Shown in pieces: positions 46,658-54,697 of a stretch of 64,000 nt of DNA. The DNA is from Minisyncoccota bacterium. GTDB lineage: Bacteria > Patescibacteriota > Minisyncoccia > Phycocordibacterales > PALSA-1337. How positions within the stretch are numbered: position 1 is the stretch's first letter; each line of letters opens with the position of its first letter. Position numbers and translations under genes: made by a program. The notes under the pieces were generated by a model. That model searched no databases. It was not told the DNA's origin and saw only the letters and a list, made by a program, of their open reading frames with translations. The stretch spans positions 5,511 through 69,510 of the forward strand of contig JAVHOW010000016.1 in assembly GCA_036170235.1 (NCBI GenBank), given 5' to 3'.

Positions 46658-47428
46658 ATGACAGCAAAAGAAATCAAAACAAATAACGATTCATCTCAAG
46701 TAAAAATTCCAGCGACTGGTATTGATGTTGCTGAAGTCGTTTCTTCTACTACTGACAGTTCTTTAGATGTGGCAACTGAAGCCAAAGATGTTGCTTCGGA
46801 AGTTGCCCCAGTTGCCAACAAAATCACTCCAGGTCGCAAAATGCGTGGTGATCCAGCTCGCCGTGGAGGTTCTAGTGGTCCACAAAATCGTGGAGGTCAA
46901 CGTGGTGGAGGTGGTCGTGGCGGGGAAACACGTGAGCGCATCAAACCAGAGTTTGATTCTAAAATTATCGACATTCGTCGTGTGACTCGTGTGACATCCG
47001 GTGGTCGTCGCATGAATTTCAGTGTTGCCGTTGTTGCTGGTGACCGCAAGGGTCGCGTTGGTGTCGGTCTTGGTAAGAGTATCGATACTGCATCTGCAGT
47101 TGAAAAGGCTACTCGTGAAGCCAAGAAAAACCTCATTAAAGTTCCATTGTCGGCCCAGATGACTATTCCTCACGCTGTTGAAGCCAAGTTTGCCAGTGCT
47201 CGAATCATGATTTTCCCAGCTCGTGGACGTGGTGTGGTTGCAGGTAGCTCGGCTCGCGCAGTTATCGAGTTGGCTGGTATTCGCGATGTTTGTGCCAAGT
47301 TCATTTCTGGAAGTAAGAATCGTTTGAATAATGCCAAGGTTGCAATTGAAGCCTTAAAAAAGTTGAGTAAGGTTAGTCGCGCATCGCTTACAACAAAGCC
47401 AGAAAATAAAAAGGGCGCATCAGTATAA
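46658..47428 (+). CDS. rpsE: 30S ribosomal protein S5 with a ~90-aa N-terminal extension containing a Gly/Arg-rich stretch.
   Basis: S5 core VTRVTSGGRRMNFSVAVVAGD.... N-terminal RRGGSSGPQNRGGQRGGGGRGGETRE. Confidence 0.9.
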   Translation: MTAKEIKTNNDSSQVKIPATGIDVAEVVSSTTDSSLDVATEAKDVASEVAPVANKITPGRKMRGDPARRGGSSGPQNRGGQRGGGGRGGETRERIKPEFDSKIIDIRRVTRVTSGGRRMNFSVAVVAGDRKGRVGVGLGKSIDTASAVEKATREAKKNLIKVPLSAQMTIPHAVEAKFASARIMIFPARGRGVVAGSSARAVIELAGIRDVCAKFISGSKNRLNNAKVAIEALKKLSKVSRASLTTKPENKKGASV

Positions 47429-47443
47429 TTTTAATTAAACATC

Positions 47444-47995
47444 ATGCAATTCCATCAACTAAAACGAAATAATCCAAACATGAAGCGCATCACCGTTGCG
47501 CGTGGTGGTAAGCGTGGCAAGACTTCAGGTCGTGGAGGTAAGGGTCAGTCAGCTCGTGCCGGTAACAAGCGTCGTCCAGAATGGCGTGACATCATCAAGA
47601 AGCTACCGAAGTTGCGTGGTCGTGGCGTCAATCAAAACAAGCCAGTCTCTTCTGCTTTGATCATAGTTAATATTGCCGCTTTGGAAAAAGTATTCTCCGC
47701 TAATGACGCGATTACTCCAACCATTCTTGTTGAAAAAGGTCTTGTAGCAAAATTATCTGGAGTTATGCCTATGGTCAAAATTTTAGGTGATGGGGAAGTT
47801 ACCAAGGCCTTCAAAATTTCTGGCTGTACTATTTCCGTATCAGCAAAGGAGAAGATTGAGAAAGCTGGCGGTTCAGTGGTAGCGCTTCCTTCACGTGTAG
47901 TTCCAAAGCAGAAGGGTCCAACCCATGAAAATGACAAGAATACTGCTCCAGTCAAGGTTGAGAAAAAAGAAGTAAAAAAAGAGAAGAAGTTATAA
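47444..47995 (+). CDS. rplO: 50S ribosomal protein L15 with a Lys-rich C-terminal tail.
   Basis: GGKRGKTSGRGGKGQ. It directly follows rpsE with no L30 gene between. Confidence 0.9.
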   Translation: MQFHQLKRNNPNMKRITVARGGKRGKTSGRGGKGQSARAGNKRRPEWRDIIKKLPKLRGRGVNQNKPVSSALIIVNIAALEKVFSANDAITPTILVEKGLVAKLSGVMPMVKILGDGEVTKAFKISGCTISVSAKEKIEKAGGSVVALPSRVVPKQKGPTHENDKNTAPVKVEKKEVKKEKKL

Positions 47996-48048
47996 TTCAC
48001 AGTCTCCATTTGAATGATATAATAAAGAGTAATTGAAACTACAACAAT

Positions 48049-49320
48049 ATGAAAAACTTTTGGGATAAAATTTCAATAGCACTCAAAGACGCAGTCTTAC
48101 GAAAAAGAGTTGGTTTTACTATTCTTGCTCTTGTGCTGTTTCGTCTTTTAGCAACAATTCCAATTCCCGGTGTTAATGCTCAAAATCTTTCAACATTGCT
48201 CAATTCAAGCCAATTTTTTGGTTTCTTGAACATTTTTTCAGGTGGCGGACTTTCCAATCTTTCTATTGTCATGCTTGGTGTAGGACCATTCATCACCGCG
48301 ACTATCGTTATTCAGCTTTTGACTATGATGTTTCCAAAATGGAAAGCACTAATGCACGATGAAGGTGAGGCTGGTCGCATGAAACTTTCCAATTATTCAC
48401 GTTGGGGTTCGATTCCTCTAGCAGTTCTGTCAGCTGTCGGATTTCTTACATTACTGCAATCACAGAATGTATTGCCAGCCCTTGGAACATTTTCTTTTAT
48501 AATAAATGTTGTCGTTATTACCGCTGGATCAACGCTACTTATGTGGATTGGTGAACTTATTTCCGAATTTGGTATTGGTAATGGCGTCTCGCTCATTATT
48601 TTTGCTGGTATCGTTTCAGTATTGCCGAGTAAAATTACTCAATTCTTCGCGAGTTATGATTCAGCCAACATACCGGTTTATGCCGCGGCTTTAGTCATCG
48701 GACTAGTCGTTATTGCAGGTGTAGTTTTTATTACCGAAGCAGAACGATCTGTGCCAGTGACTTATGCCAAGCAAGTCCGTGGAAATAAAGTCTACGGTGG
48801 TGCTTCAACATATCTTCCATTGCGTCTGAACCAAGCAGGTGTTATTCCGATAATTTTTGCTCTTTCTATTCTTCTTTTTCCTCAAATTATTTCAAACTTC
48901 TTATCTCATGTTTCGAACACAACGATTGCAGATTATGCGGTCGCATTTACAACATTCTTCAATAATCCATGGGTATATGGCGGCTTCTACTTCATTCTAG
49001 TTGTGGCCTTCACTTACTTCTATACCGCCGTTACATTCGATCCAAAACTAATTTCAGAGAACCTCCAGCGTTCAGGAGCATTCATCCCTGGCGTCCGTCC
49101 AGGAGAGCACACTCGTGACTATTTGGCGGCTATTGTGACCCGCATAACACTGGTTGGAGCATTGTTCCTTGGTATTATCGCTATCTTGCCTCTGATCATG
49201 CAAGCATTCACCGCCAACAAATCTCTAGCGATCGGCGGTACAGCGCTCCTCATCGTGGTTTCAGTTGTGCTCGATTTGCTCAAGAAGATTGATGCGCAAG
49301 TAAGTATGAGGGAGTATTAG
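48049..49320 (+). CDS. secY: Preprotein translocase subunit SecY.
   Basis: Ten TM segments, GVNAQNLSTL..., 423 aa. Confidence 0.93.
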   Translation: MKNFWDKISIALKDAVLRKRVGFTILALVLFRLLATIPIPGVNAQNLSTLLNSSQFFGFLNIFSGGGLSNLSIVMLGVGPFITATIVIQLLTMMFPKWKALMHDEGEAGRMKLSNYSRWGSIPLAVLSAVGFLTLLQSQNVLPALGTFSFIINVVVITAGSTLLMWIGELISEFGIGNGVSLIIFAGIVSVLPSKITQFFASYDSANIPVYAAALVIGLVVIAGVVFITEAERSVPVTYAKQVRGNKVYGGASTYLPLRLNQAGVIPIIFALSILLFPQIISNFLSHVSNTTIADYAVAFTTFFNNPWVYGGFYFILVVAFTYFYTAVTFDPKLISENLQRSGAFIPGVRPGEHTRDYLAAIVTRITLVGALFLGIIAILPLIMQAFTANKSLAIGGTALLIVVSVVLDLLKKIDAQVSMREY

Positions 49321-49357
49321 GAAGATTGTTATTTGTAAAAATGAAATATAAGCAAAA

Positions 49358-49384
49358 CAAAATCCCGTTCAAAAACGGGATTTT
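49358..49384. terminator. Rho-independent terminator after secY.
   Basis: aaaatcccgttcaaaaacgggatttt. Confidence 0.6.
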
Positions 49385-49502
49385 GCGAGGTTTACCTTCA
49401 TAATTTGGATTCCTCCCCTTGTCAGTTTTATAAGTATAGGCTATTTAAATAAAAAATCAAATTTGACTCCCACCCCCAATTCTGATAGTCTATATTCTAC
49501 CT

Positions 49503-50204
49503 ATGGAAATCAAAACCCCAGACAAAAAGAGCATAGAAGCAATGTTCACAGCAGGAGCTCACTTCGGACTTGGACGTTCACGACGTCATCCTACAGTGAC
49601 CCCATTCATTTTTGGTACAAAGAATACCACGGACATTTTCGACCTCGAAAAGACTGCCGATACACTCGAAAACGTCAAAACTATGATTTCTGCGCTAGCA
49701 AAGGAGGGCAAGACTATCCTCTTTGTCGGTGGCAAGAAGGAAGCCTCTGTAGCCGTCAAAAACGCCGCTATGTCGATAAATATGCCGTATGTAGATGGTC
49801 GCTGGATTGGTGGCTCTTTGAGCAATTTTGGCCAGATCAGGAAGCGCATCGATCGCTATGAGAAACTTATTTCTGATCGCGAAAAAGGCGAACTTTTAAA
49901 GTACACCAAGCGTGAGCGCATGTTGATCGACAAAGAGATCGCATCTCTTGAGAAGATGTTCTATGGCATTGTTTCTTTGAAGAAGATGCCAGATGTTATT
50001 TTCATGATTGATCCTCGTCGTGAGAAAAATGCCGTTAAAGAAGCAACTGATATGAATATTCCAGTTATTGCTCTTTCTGGTTCTGATTGCAACATTACCG
50101 AAGTCAAATATCCTATTGTTGGCAACGATGCATCAAAAGCAAGTATTGGTTTTTTCCTAGATGAGATTGTGAAAGCCTATCAGACTGGAAAAAAGGTTAG
50201 TTAA
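49503..50204 (+). CDS. rpsB: 30S ribosomal protein S2.
   Basis: MFTAGAHFGLGRSRRHP... Confidence 0.92.
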   Translation: MEIKTPDKKSIEAMFTAGAHFGLGRSRRHPTVTPFIFGTKNTTDIFDLEKTADTLENVKTMISALAKEGKTILFVGGKKEASVAVKNAAMSINMPYVDGRWIGGSLSNFGQIRKRIDRYEKLISDREKGELLKYTKRERMLIDKEIASLEKMFYGIVSLKKMPDVIFMIDPRREKNAVKEATDMNIPVIALSGSDCNITEVKYPIVGNDASKASIGFFLDEIVKAYQTGKKVS

Positions 50205-50237
50205 GCATACGCTCCGAGGCTACAAGCCTTTATTCCC

Positions 50238-51050
50238 ATGATCAGCCCATTCCTGTTATGGAAATCGAATAAGAATACCGACAAAGAGAAACCGCCCAGT
50301 TCTGATGTTTCTTCTTTGAAAAATCTCAAAGAAAAACAGGCCTTATTATCAAAGAAATTCTCCATTCCATCCGATCAGATTCCAAAAATTCCAATAACTG
50401 ACCAATCAACACCAAATAATTCATCAAAATCATCAACTAATCAATCAACTATTATGTCATCAACAATCACTACCGAACAAGTCAAAGCTCTTCGTGACCA
50501 AACTGGCATTTCTGTTATGCAGTGCAAGAAAGCTCTCGAAGAAGCTGGAGGTGATACAGAGAAAGCTATAGTCATCTTGCGCAAGAAAAGTGGTGAATTA
50601 TCAGCCAAGAAGGGCGATCGTACTTTCGGTGCAGGTACAATTCAGGCATATATTCATGCCACTGGAACAGTTGGAACTATTGTCGAGCTCAATTGTGAGA
50701 CTGATTTCGTTGCCAACAATGACGGATTTAAAACCTTGGCACGCGATATTGCCATGCACATTACAGCTACAAACCCAAAGTTTTTGAACAAAGATGATAT
50801 AAAAGAATCAGACATGACTGCTGCACGTTCTGTTTTCGAAGAAGAAGTAAAGGGCAAGCCAGCCGCAATGAAAGACAAGATTCTTGCTGGCAAGCTCGAT
50901 ACTTATTTTGCTGAAATGGTGCTTGCAAATCAGCCATTCATCAAGAATCCAGAAACGACTATCCAAGGACTAGTTGACGCCGCTGTCCAGAAATTCGGCG
51001 AAAAGATCGCTGTTGCGCGTTTCAAGAGGTTCAAGGTGTTGGAGAATTAG
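50238..51050 (+). CDS. tsf: Elongation factor Ts. It is either a short form with a Ser-rich N-terminal extension, or the start is at 50452.
   Basis: UBA-like TTEQVKALRDQTGISVMQCKKALEEAGGD and the dimerisation core. 199 aa from 50452. Confidence 0.85.
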   Translation: MISPFLLWKSNKNTDKEKPPSSDVSSLKNLKEKQALLSKKFSIPSDQIPKIPITDQSTPNNSSKSSTNQSTIMSSTITTEQVKALRDQTGISVMQCKKALEEAGGDTEKAIVILRKKSGELSAKKGDRTFGAGTIQAYIHATGTVGTIVELNCETDFVANNDGFKTLARDIAMHITATNPKFLNKDDIKESDMTAARSVFEEEVKGKPAAMKDKILAGKLDTYFAEMVLANQPFIKNPETTIQGLVDAAVQKFGEKIAVARFKRFKVLEN

Positions 51051-51117
51051 CTTGTTGAAATTCAAGGAGTAAGGTTAAGGTGCGATTATTCGAATCTCTA
51101 ATTACTAATCTCCAATT

Positions 51118-51492
51118 ATGTACACCACTATCATCACATTCTACATAGCATTTCTCATCGTTATAGCGATGATCCTTTTGAAACGCCACGAAGTGAAGAG
51201 TGGACATCCAACTATTATTTCTCGCCTTGGCCGTGGCAGTGACCATATCTTCCATGCTATTTTTGGTACTGTTGGAAACGCTTGGTCTTATGTTAACAAA
51301 CATACGTTTGTGGCTTTGGCGCACTGGATAGCGTTCCATATTCTGCTTCGTATCCGCAAAGTCTATGTTGAGGTCAAGTCGCGCGCTATTGCCAATCCAC
51401 AAGGCAAAAAAATGCTCGATGCTGTCCGTGGTCGTGGTGAGGTCAAGAATCACGGAGCTTCGTTTTATTTGAGGAGGATTTCGGAGAAGTAG
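51118..51492 (+). CDS. Hypothetical membrane protein.
   Basis: N-terminal TM helix. No recognisable domain. Confidence 0.35.
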   Translation: MYTTIITFYIAFLIVIAMILLKRHEVKSGHPTIISRLGRGSDHIFHAIFGTVGNAWSYVNKHTFVALAHWIAFHILLRIRKVYVEVKSRAIANPQGKKMLDAVRGRGEVKNHGASFYLRRISEK

Positions 51493-51643
51493 GAAGTGTG
51501 ATTCGTGTAAGGTGTGTGGAATTTTTTTTGTTGCAAAAATGTGAAAAAATTGGTAGTCTGTTTATCATCGCCGACATAGCTGTCTTGGTAGGTATCGACA
51601 CAAGGTGATAGTGTAGATTAAAAATGTAATGTTCGTATGGTTT

Positions 51644-51719
51644 GCCGACATAGCTCAGTTGGTAGAGCGCCACTTTTGTAAAGTGGATGTCCGGGGTTCG
51701 ATCCCTCGTGTCGGCTCCA
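51644..51719 (+). tRNA. tRNA-Thr (anticodon UGU) with encoded CCA.
   Basis: GCCGACATAGCTCAGTTGGTAGAGC, anticodon stem CCACT/AGTGG with loop TTTGTAA, T-arm CGGGGTTCGATCCCTCG, acceptor 3' TGTCGGC-T-CCA. Confidence 0.85.
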
Positions 51720-51791
51720 GAATTAGTTCTAATATATTTGGATCGTATTCATAAGGTGAAATATTCCCGTTTTTTTGCTACAGTAGTATGC

Positions 51792-52511
51792 ATGAATCCC
51801 AAAGAGCTGAGTATCCAAAAAGGTCACTTACACCCAATGACGCAAATGATTCGCGAGATTCAAACGATCTTCGAGGAGATTGGTTTTGAGGTGGCACAAG
51901 GACCGGAGTTGGAGACGGAATTCTACAATTTTGACGCGCTTAATATTCCTGCGAATCATCCAGCTAGAGCGATGCAAGATACGTTTTGGGTGAATACATT
52001 AAAAGGGTCAAAAGATCGTCTTGTTTTGCGTACGCACACGTCACCAGTGCAGATCCGCTATATGCAGACACATAAGCCACCATTCAAAATTATTGTACCA
52101 GGCAAGGTCTATCGCAATGAGGCGACGGATGCCACGCATGAGGCGCAATTTTATCAGGTTGAGGGACTTTATGTTGCCGAAAAAGTTTCAATGGCGGAAC
52201 TCAAGGGCACCATGGAATACTTTTTCAAAAAATTATTTGGTGATGATGTCCAGCTTCGTTTTCGTCCAAGCTTCTTTCCATTCGTTGAACCTGGTGCGGA
52301 AGCGGACATATTCTTCAAAGGGAAGTGGTTGGAGGTAATGGGTGCTGGTCCAGTCCATGAAAACGTCTTGCGCACAGCTGGCATTGATCCAGAAAAATAT
52401 TCGGGGTTTGCGTTTGGCGGAGGTATTGATAGATTGTTGATGATTAAATATGGTTTGGATGATATTCGTCAGGTGTATTCGGGGGATTTGAGGTTTGTTA
52501 ATCAGTTTTAA
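51792..52511 (+). CDS. pheS: Phenylalanine--tRNA ligase alpha subunit, core-only short form.
   Basis: Class II motifs. Start is MNPKEL. The track ORF start at 51687 overlaps the tRNA and is rejected. Confidence 0.88.
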   Translation: MNPKELSIQKGHLHPMTQMIREIQTIFEEIGFEVAQGPELETEFYNFDALNIPANHPARAMQDTFWVNTLKGSKDRLVLRTHTSPVQIRYMQTHKPPFKIIVPGKVYRNEATDATHEAQFYQVEGLYVAEKVSMAELKGTMEYFFKKLFGDDVQLRFRPSFFPFVEPGAEADIFFKGKWLEVMGAGPVHENVLRTAGIDPEKYSGFAFGGGIDRLLMIKYGLDDIRQVYSGDLRFVNQF

Positions 52512-52513
52512 TA

Positions 52514-53878
52514 ATGAAAATTTCCTACACACAACTGCAAACATACCTTGAAGACAAACTTCCAACACCAGAAAAGTTGGCTGACGCTTTCACTTTTCAT
52601 GCATTCGAAATCGAGAGTATGGAGAAGGAGGGTGACGATACCATTTTAGACATAAAAGTTTTGCCAGATCGCGCTTGTTACGCAAAATCTTATGAAGGTA
52701 TTGCGCGAGAAGTGTCGGCGATTCTTGGTTTGAAAAAGAAAGCAGAAAAAGTGAAAATTCCCGATTCGAAGCACACGATTACTGTTTCAATTTCTCAAAT
52801 AAATGAAGTGCTTGGTTCGGATATTTCACAAAAAGAAGCGGTTTCGATTTTGACTAGAATGGACATTAAAGTTACAGAAAAAGGGGATATTCTCGAGCTC
52901 TCAGTACCCTGCGATAGGCTTGATTTGCAGTCATGGCGCGATATTCCCGAGGAAGTTGGACGTATTTATGGTTATGACAAAATTAAGTCGATTTTGCCAA
53001 AAAATACTACATTTAAGCCTATTGTTGAGAAAGCATTTTATTACACTGAAAAGATCAAGAATATTCTAGTTTCTGCGGGTTTTTCCGAAGTTTACACCTA
53101 CAGTTTAGTTGCAAAAGGCGTGTATGAAATCGAGAAACCTTTGGCGGCTGATAAGAATCATTTGCGAACAAATCTGACTGATGGAATAGTGAAGTCGCTT
53201 GAGTTCAACGCACGAAATGCTGATTTGCTTGGCTTGGATGAGATTAAAATCTTTGAGATTGGTAAAGTGTTTACAAAAGATGGCGAGCACACTTCGTTGT
53301 GTGTTGGGATAAAAAATATCAAGAAAGCAAAAGGTGCTGAGTTGGCAAAAGAAAAAATTAAAAAAGTTCGCGACGAGGTGCTTAAAGTTCTTGAAGTAAA
53401 TGCGACTATTCTCTGCACGGTTGATGATTCTGGCGGAATTATTTCTTTGAATGTGGAAGCGGTTGGTATGACCAATAATTCAGACGGGATTTTCGAAATT
53501 AATCTTGATAAAGTGGTGGCGACGTTATCGGAGCCTAATTCGTATGCGGATCTCAATTTTAGTAAGGCTACAACGATAGAATACAAGAAGTTTTCTGTAT
53601 ATCCGTTCATTGTGCGCGATATAGCTGTTTTTGTCCAAGGTCCGACCTTGGACACTGAAGTTTGGTCTGTAATAGAAAAAGTTCTGAATGAGGTTGGTGC
53701 CGCGAATTTATTGGCTCATCATTCATTGTTCGATACATTCAAAAAAGATGGCAAAGTTTCGTACGCTTATAGGATGATATTCCAATCTATGGAAAAAACT
53801 CTAACAGATGACGAGGTTAATTCTATTATGGAAAAAATTTATGCTGAAATAAAAGGTAAGGGTTGGGAGGTGAGGTAA
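52514..53878 (+). CDS. pheT: Phenylalanine--tRNA ligase beta subunit, short form (454 aa).
   Basis: B1 N-terminus MKISYTQLQTYL. B3/4, B5 and the FDX-ACB C-terminus (FPFIVRDIAVFV). It contains a REP palindrome in-frame. Confidence 0.85.
   Translation: MKISYTQLQTYLEDKLPTPEKLADAFTFHAFEIESMEKEGDDTILDIKVLPDRACYAKSYEGIAREVSAILGLKKKAEKVKIPDSKHTITVSISQINEVLGSDISQKEAVSILTRMDIKVTEKGDILELSVPCDRLDLQSWRDIPEEVGRIYGYDKIKSILPKNTTFKPIVEKAFYYTEKIKNILVSAGFSEVYTYSLVAKGVYEIEKPLAADKNHLRTNLTDGIVKSLEFNARNADLLGLDEIKIFEIGKVFTKDGEHTSLCVGIKNIKKAKGAELAKEKIKKVRDEVLKVLEVNATILCTVDDSGGIISLNVEAVGMTNNSDGIFEINLDKVVATLSEPNSYADLNFSKATTIEYKKFSVYPFIVRDIAVFVQGPTLDTEVWSVIEKVLNEVGAANLLAHHSLFDTFKKDGKVSYAYRMIFQSMEKTLTDDEVNSIMEKIYAEIKGKGWEVR
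53634..53652. repeat. REP-like palindrome TCCAAGGTCCGACCTTGGA, copy 6, inside the pheT coding sequence (encodes VQGPTLD).
   Basis: Exact 19-mer within the ORF. The ORF length is unchanged relative to the expected PheT spacing. Confidence 0.9.
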
Positions 53879-54044
53879 AATCCGAGGGCGGCTCCGCTCG
53901 CAGGCTCGCCGGGTTGCTTGCGTAAATTTTTTTTGGCGTTATAATTGTCACATATATTTTTCTCAAGGAAGCTACACGAAATTAGATTGAACTTGTAGGT
54001 GTAGCGATGGGTCCGATTATAAACAAAATAAGCAATACCTATAT

Positions 54045-54497
54045 ATGACTAATATGACTATTTCACCTATACAACCAATTCGAGGGGATTACGTTACAAA
54101 AGGAGAGTTCGGAGAATTCAAAGCTGAAATGCGCAATTTTCACTTCGGGTTCAATGATTTTAGAGAGGAGATGTATATTTTCAAAGATGATGTCTCAAAA
54201 CGCTTTGATGCCGTAGATGCACGCTTTGGTGCTGTAGATTCACACTTTGATGCTGTTGATGCACGCTTTGATGCTGTTGATTCACGGTTTGATGCTGTTG
54301 ATGCTCGATTTGATTCAATAGATGCTCGATTAGGTTCACATGATACACGTTTAGCTGGTATTGATAAACGGATCGATGTATTAACCAAGAGTCTGTTTGA
54401 ATTTCGTGAGGAAGTTCCACGATATATGAAAACGTTACAAGAAGGATTTCGTGAGGATCTTAGAATAGCGCTCGAAATACATAGCACTCAAAAATAA
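54045..54497 (+). CDS. Heptad-repeat protein with 8 tandem xFDAVDxR units, probably coiled-coil.
   Basis: RFDAVDARFGAVDSHFDAVDARFDAVDSRFDAVDARFDSIDARL is encoded by 21-bp tandem DNA repeats. Confidence 0.55.
   Translation: MTNMTISPIQPIRGDYVTKGEFGEFKAEMRNFHFGFNDFREEMYIFKDDVSKRFDAVDARFGAVDSHFDAVDARFDAVDSRFDAVDARFDSIDARLGSHDTRLAGIDKRIDVLTKSLFEFREEVPRYMKTLQEGFREDLRIALEIHSTQK
54205..54372 (+). repeat. Tandem 21-bp repeats (8 units, degenerate) inside the 54045 CDS.
   Basis: tttgatgccgtagatgcacgc / tttggtgctgtagattcacac / tttgatgctgttgatgcacgc ... Confidence 0.8.
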
Positions 54498-54697
54498 GAG
54501 GTATTTTTATCCACAATTAACCCCTTTTTCGCCTTGAAAAGCGCTTTCTTTGTGCACCAGAATCTGCTATAATTAGAGGCATAAAAGCAACAAAATAAAG
54601 GAGCAAAATAAGCCCATATTAAGCCATATTCTGACCCTTTTAGTAGTATCATTTTTTATTTATATTTTATTTACATTTCATTTAATAATAATTCCAC

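Noticed and set aside
51687-51791. Upstream extension of the pheS ORF
   Set aside because: It overlaps tRNA-Thr on the same strand. The true start is MNPKEL at 51792.
54205-54372. Possible CRISPR array suggested by the tandem repeats
   Set aside because: The repeats are contiguous 21-bp units with no spacers, in-frame and coding. No CRISPR-like repeat-spacer structure was found anywhere in the window.
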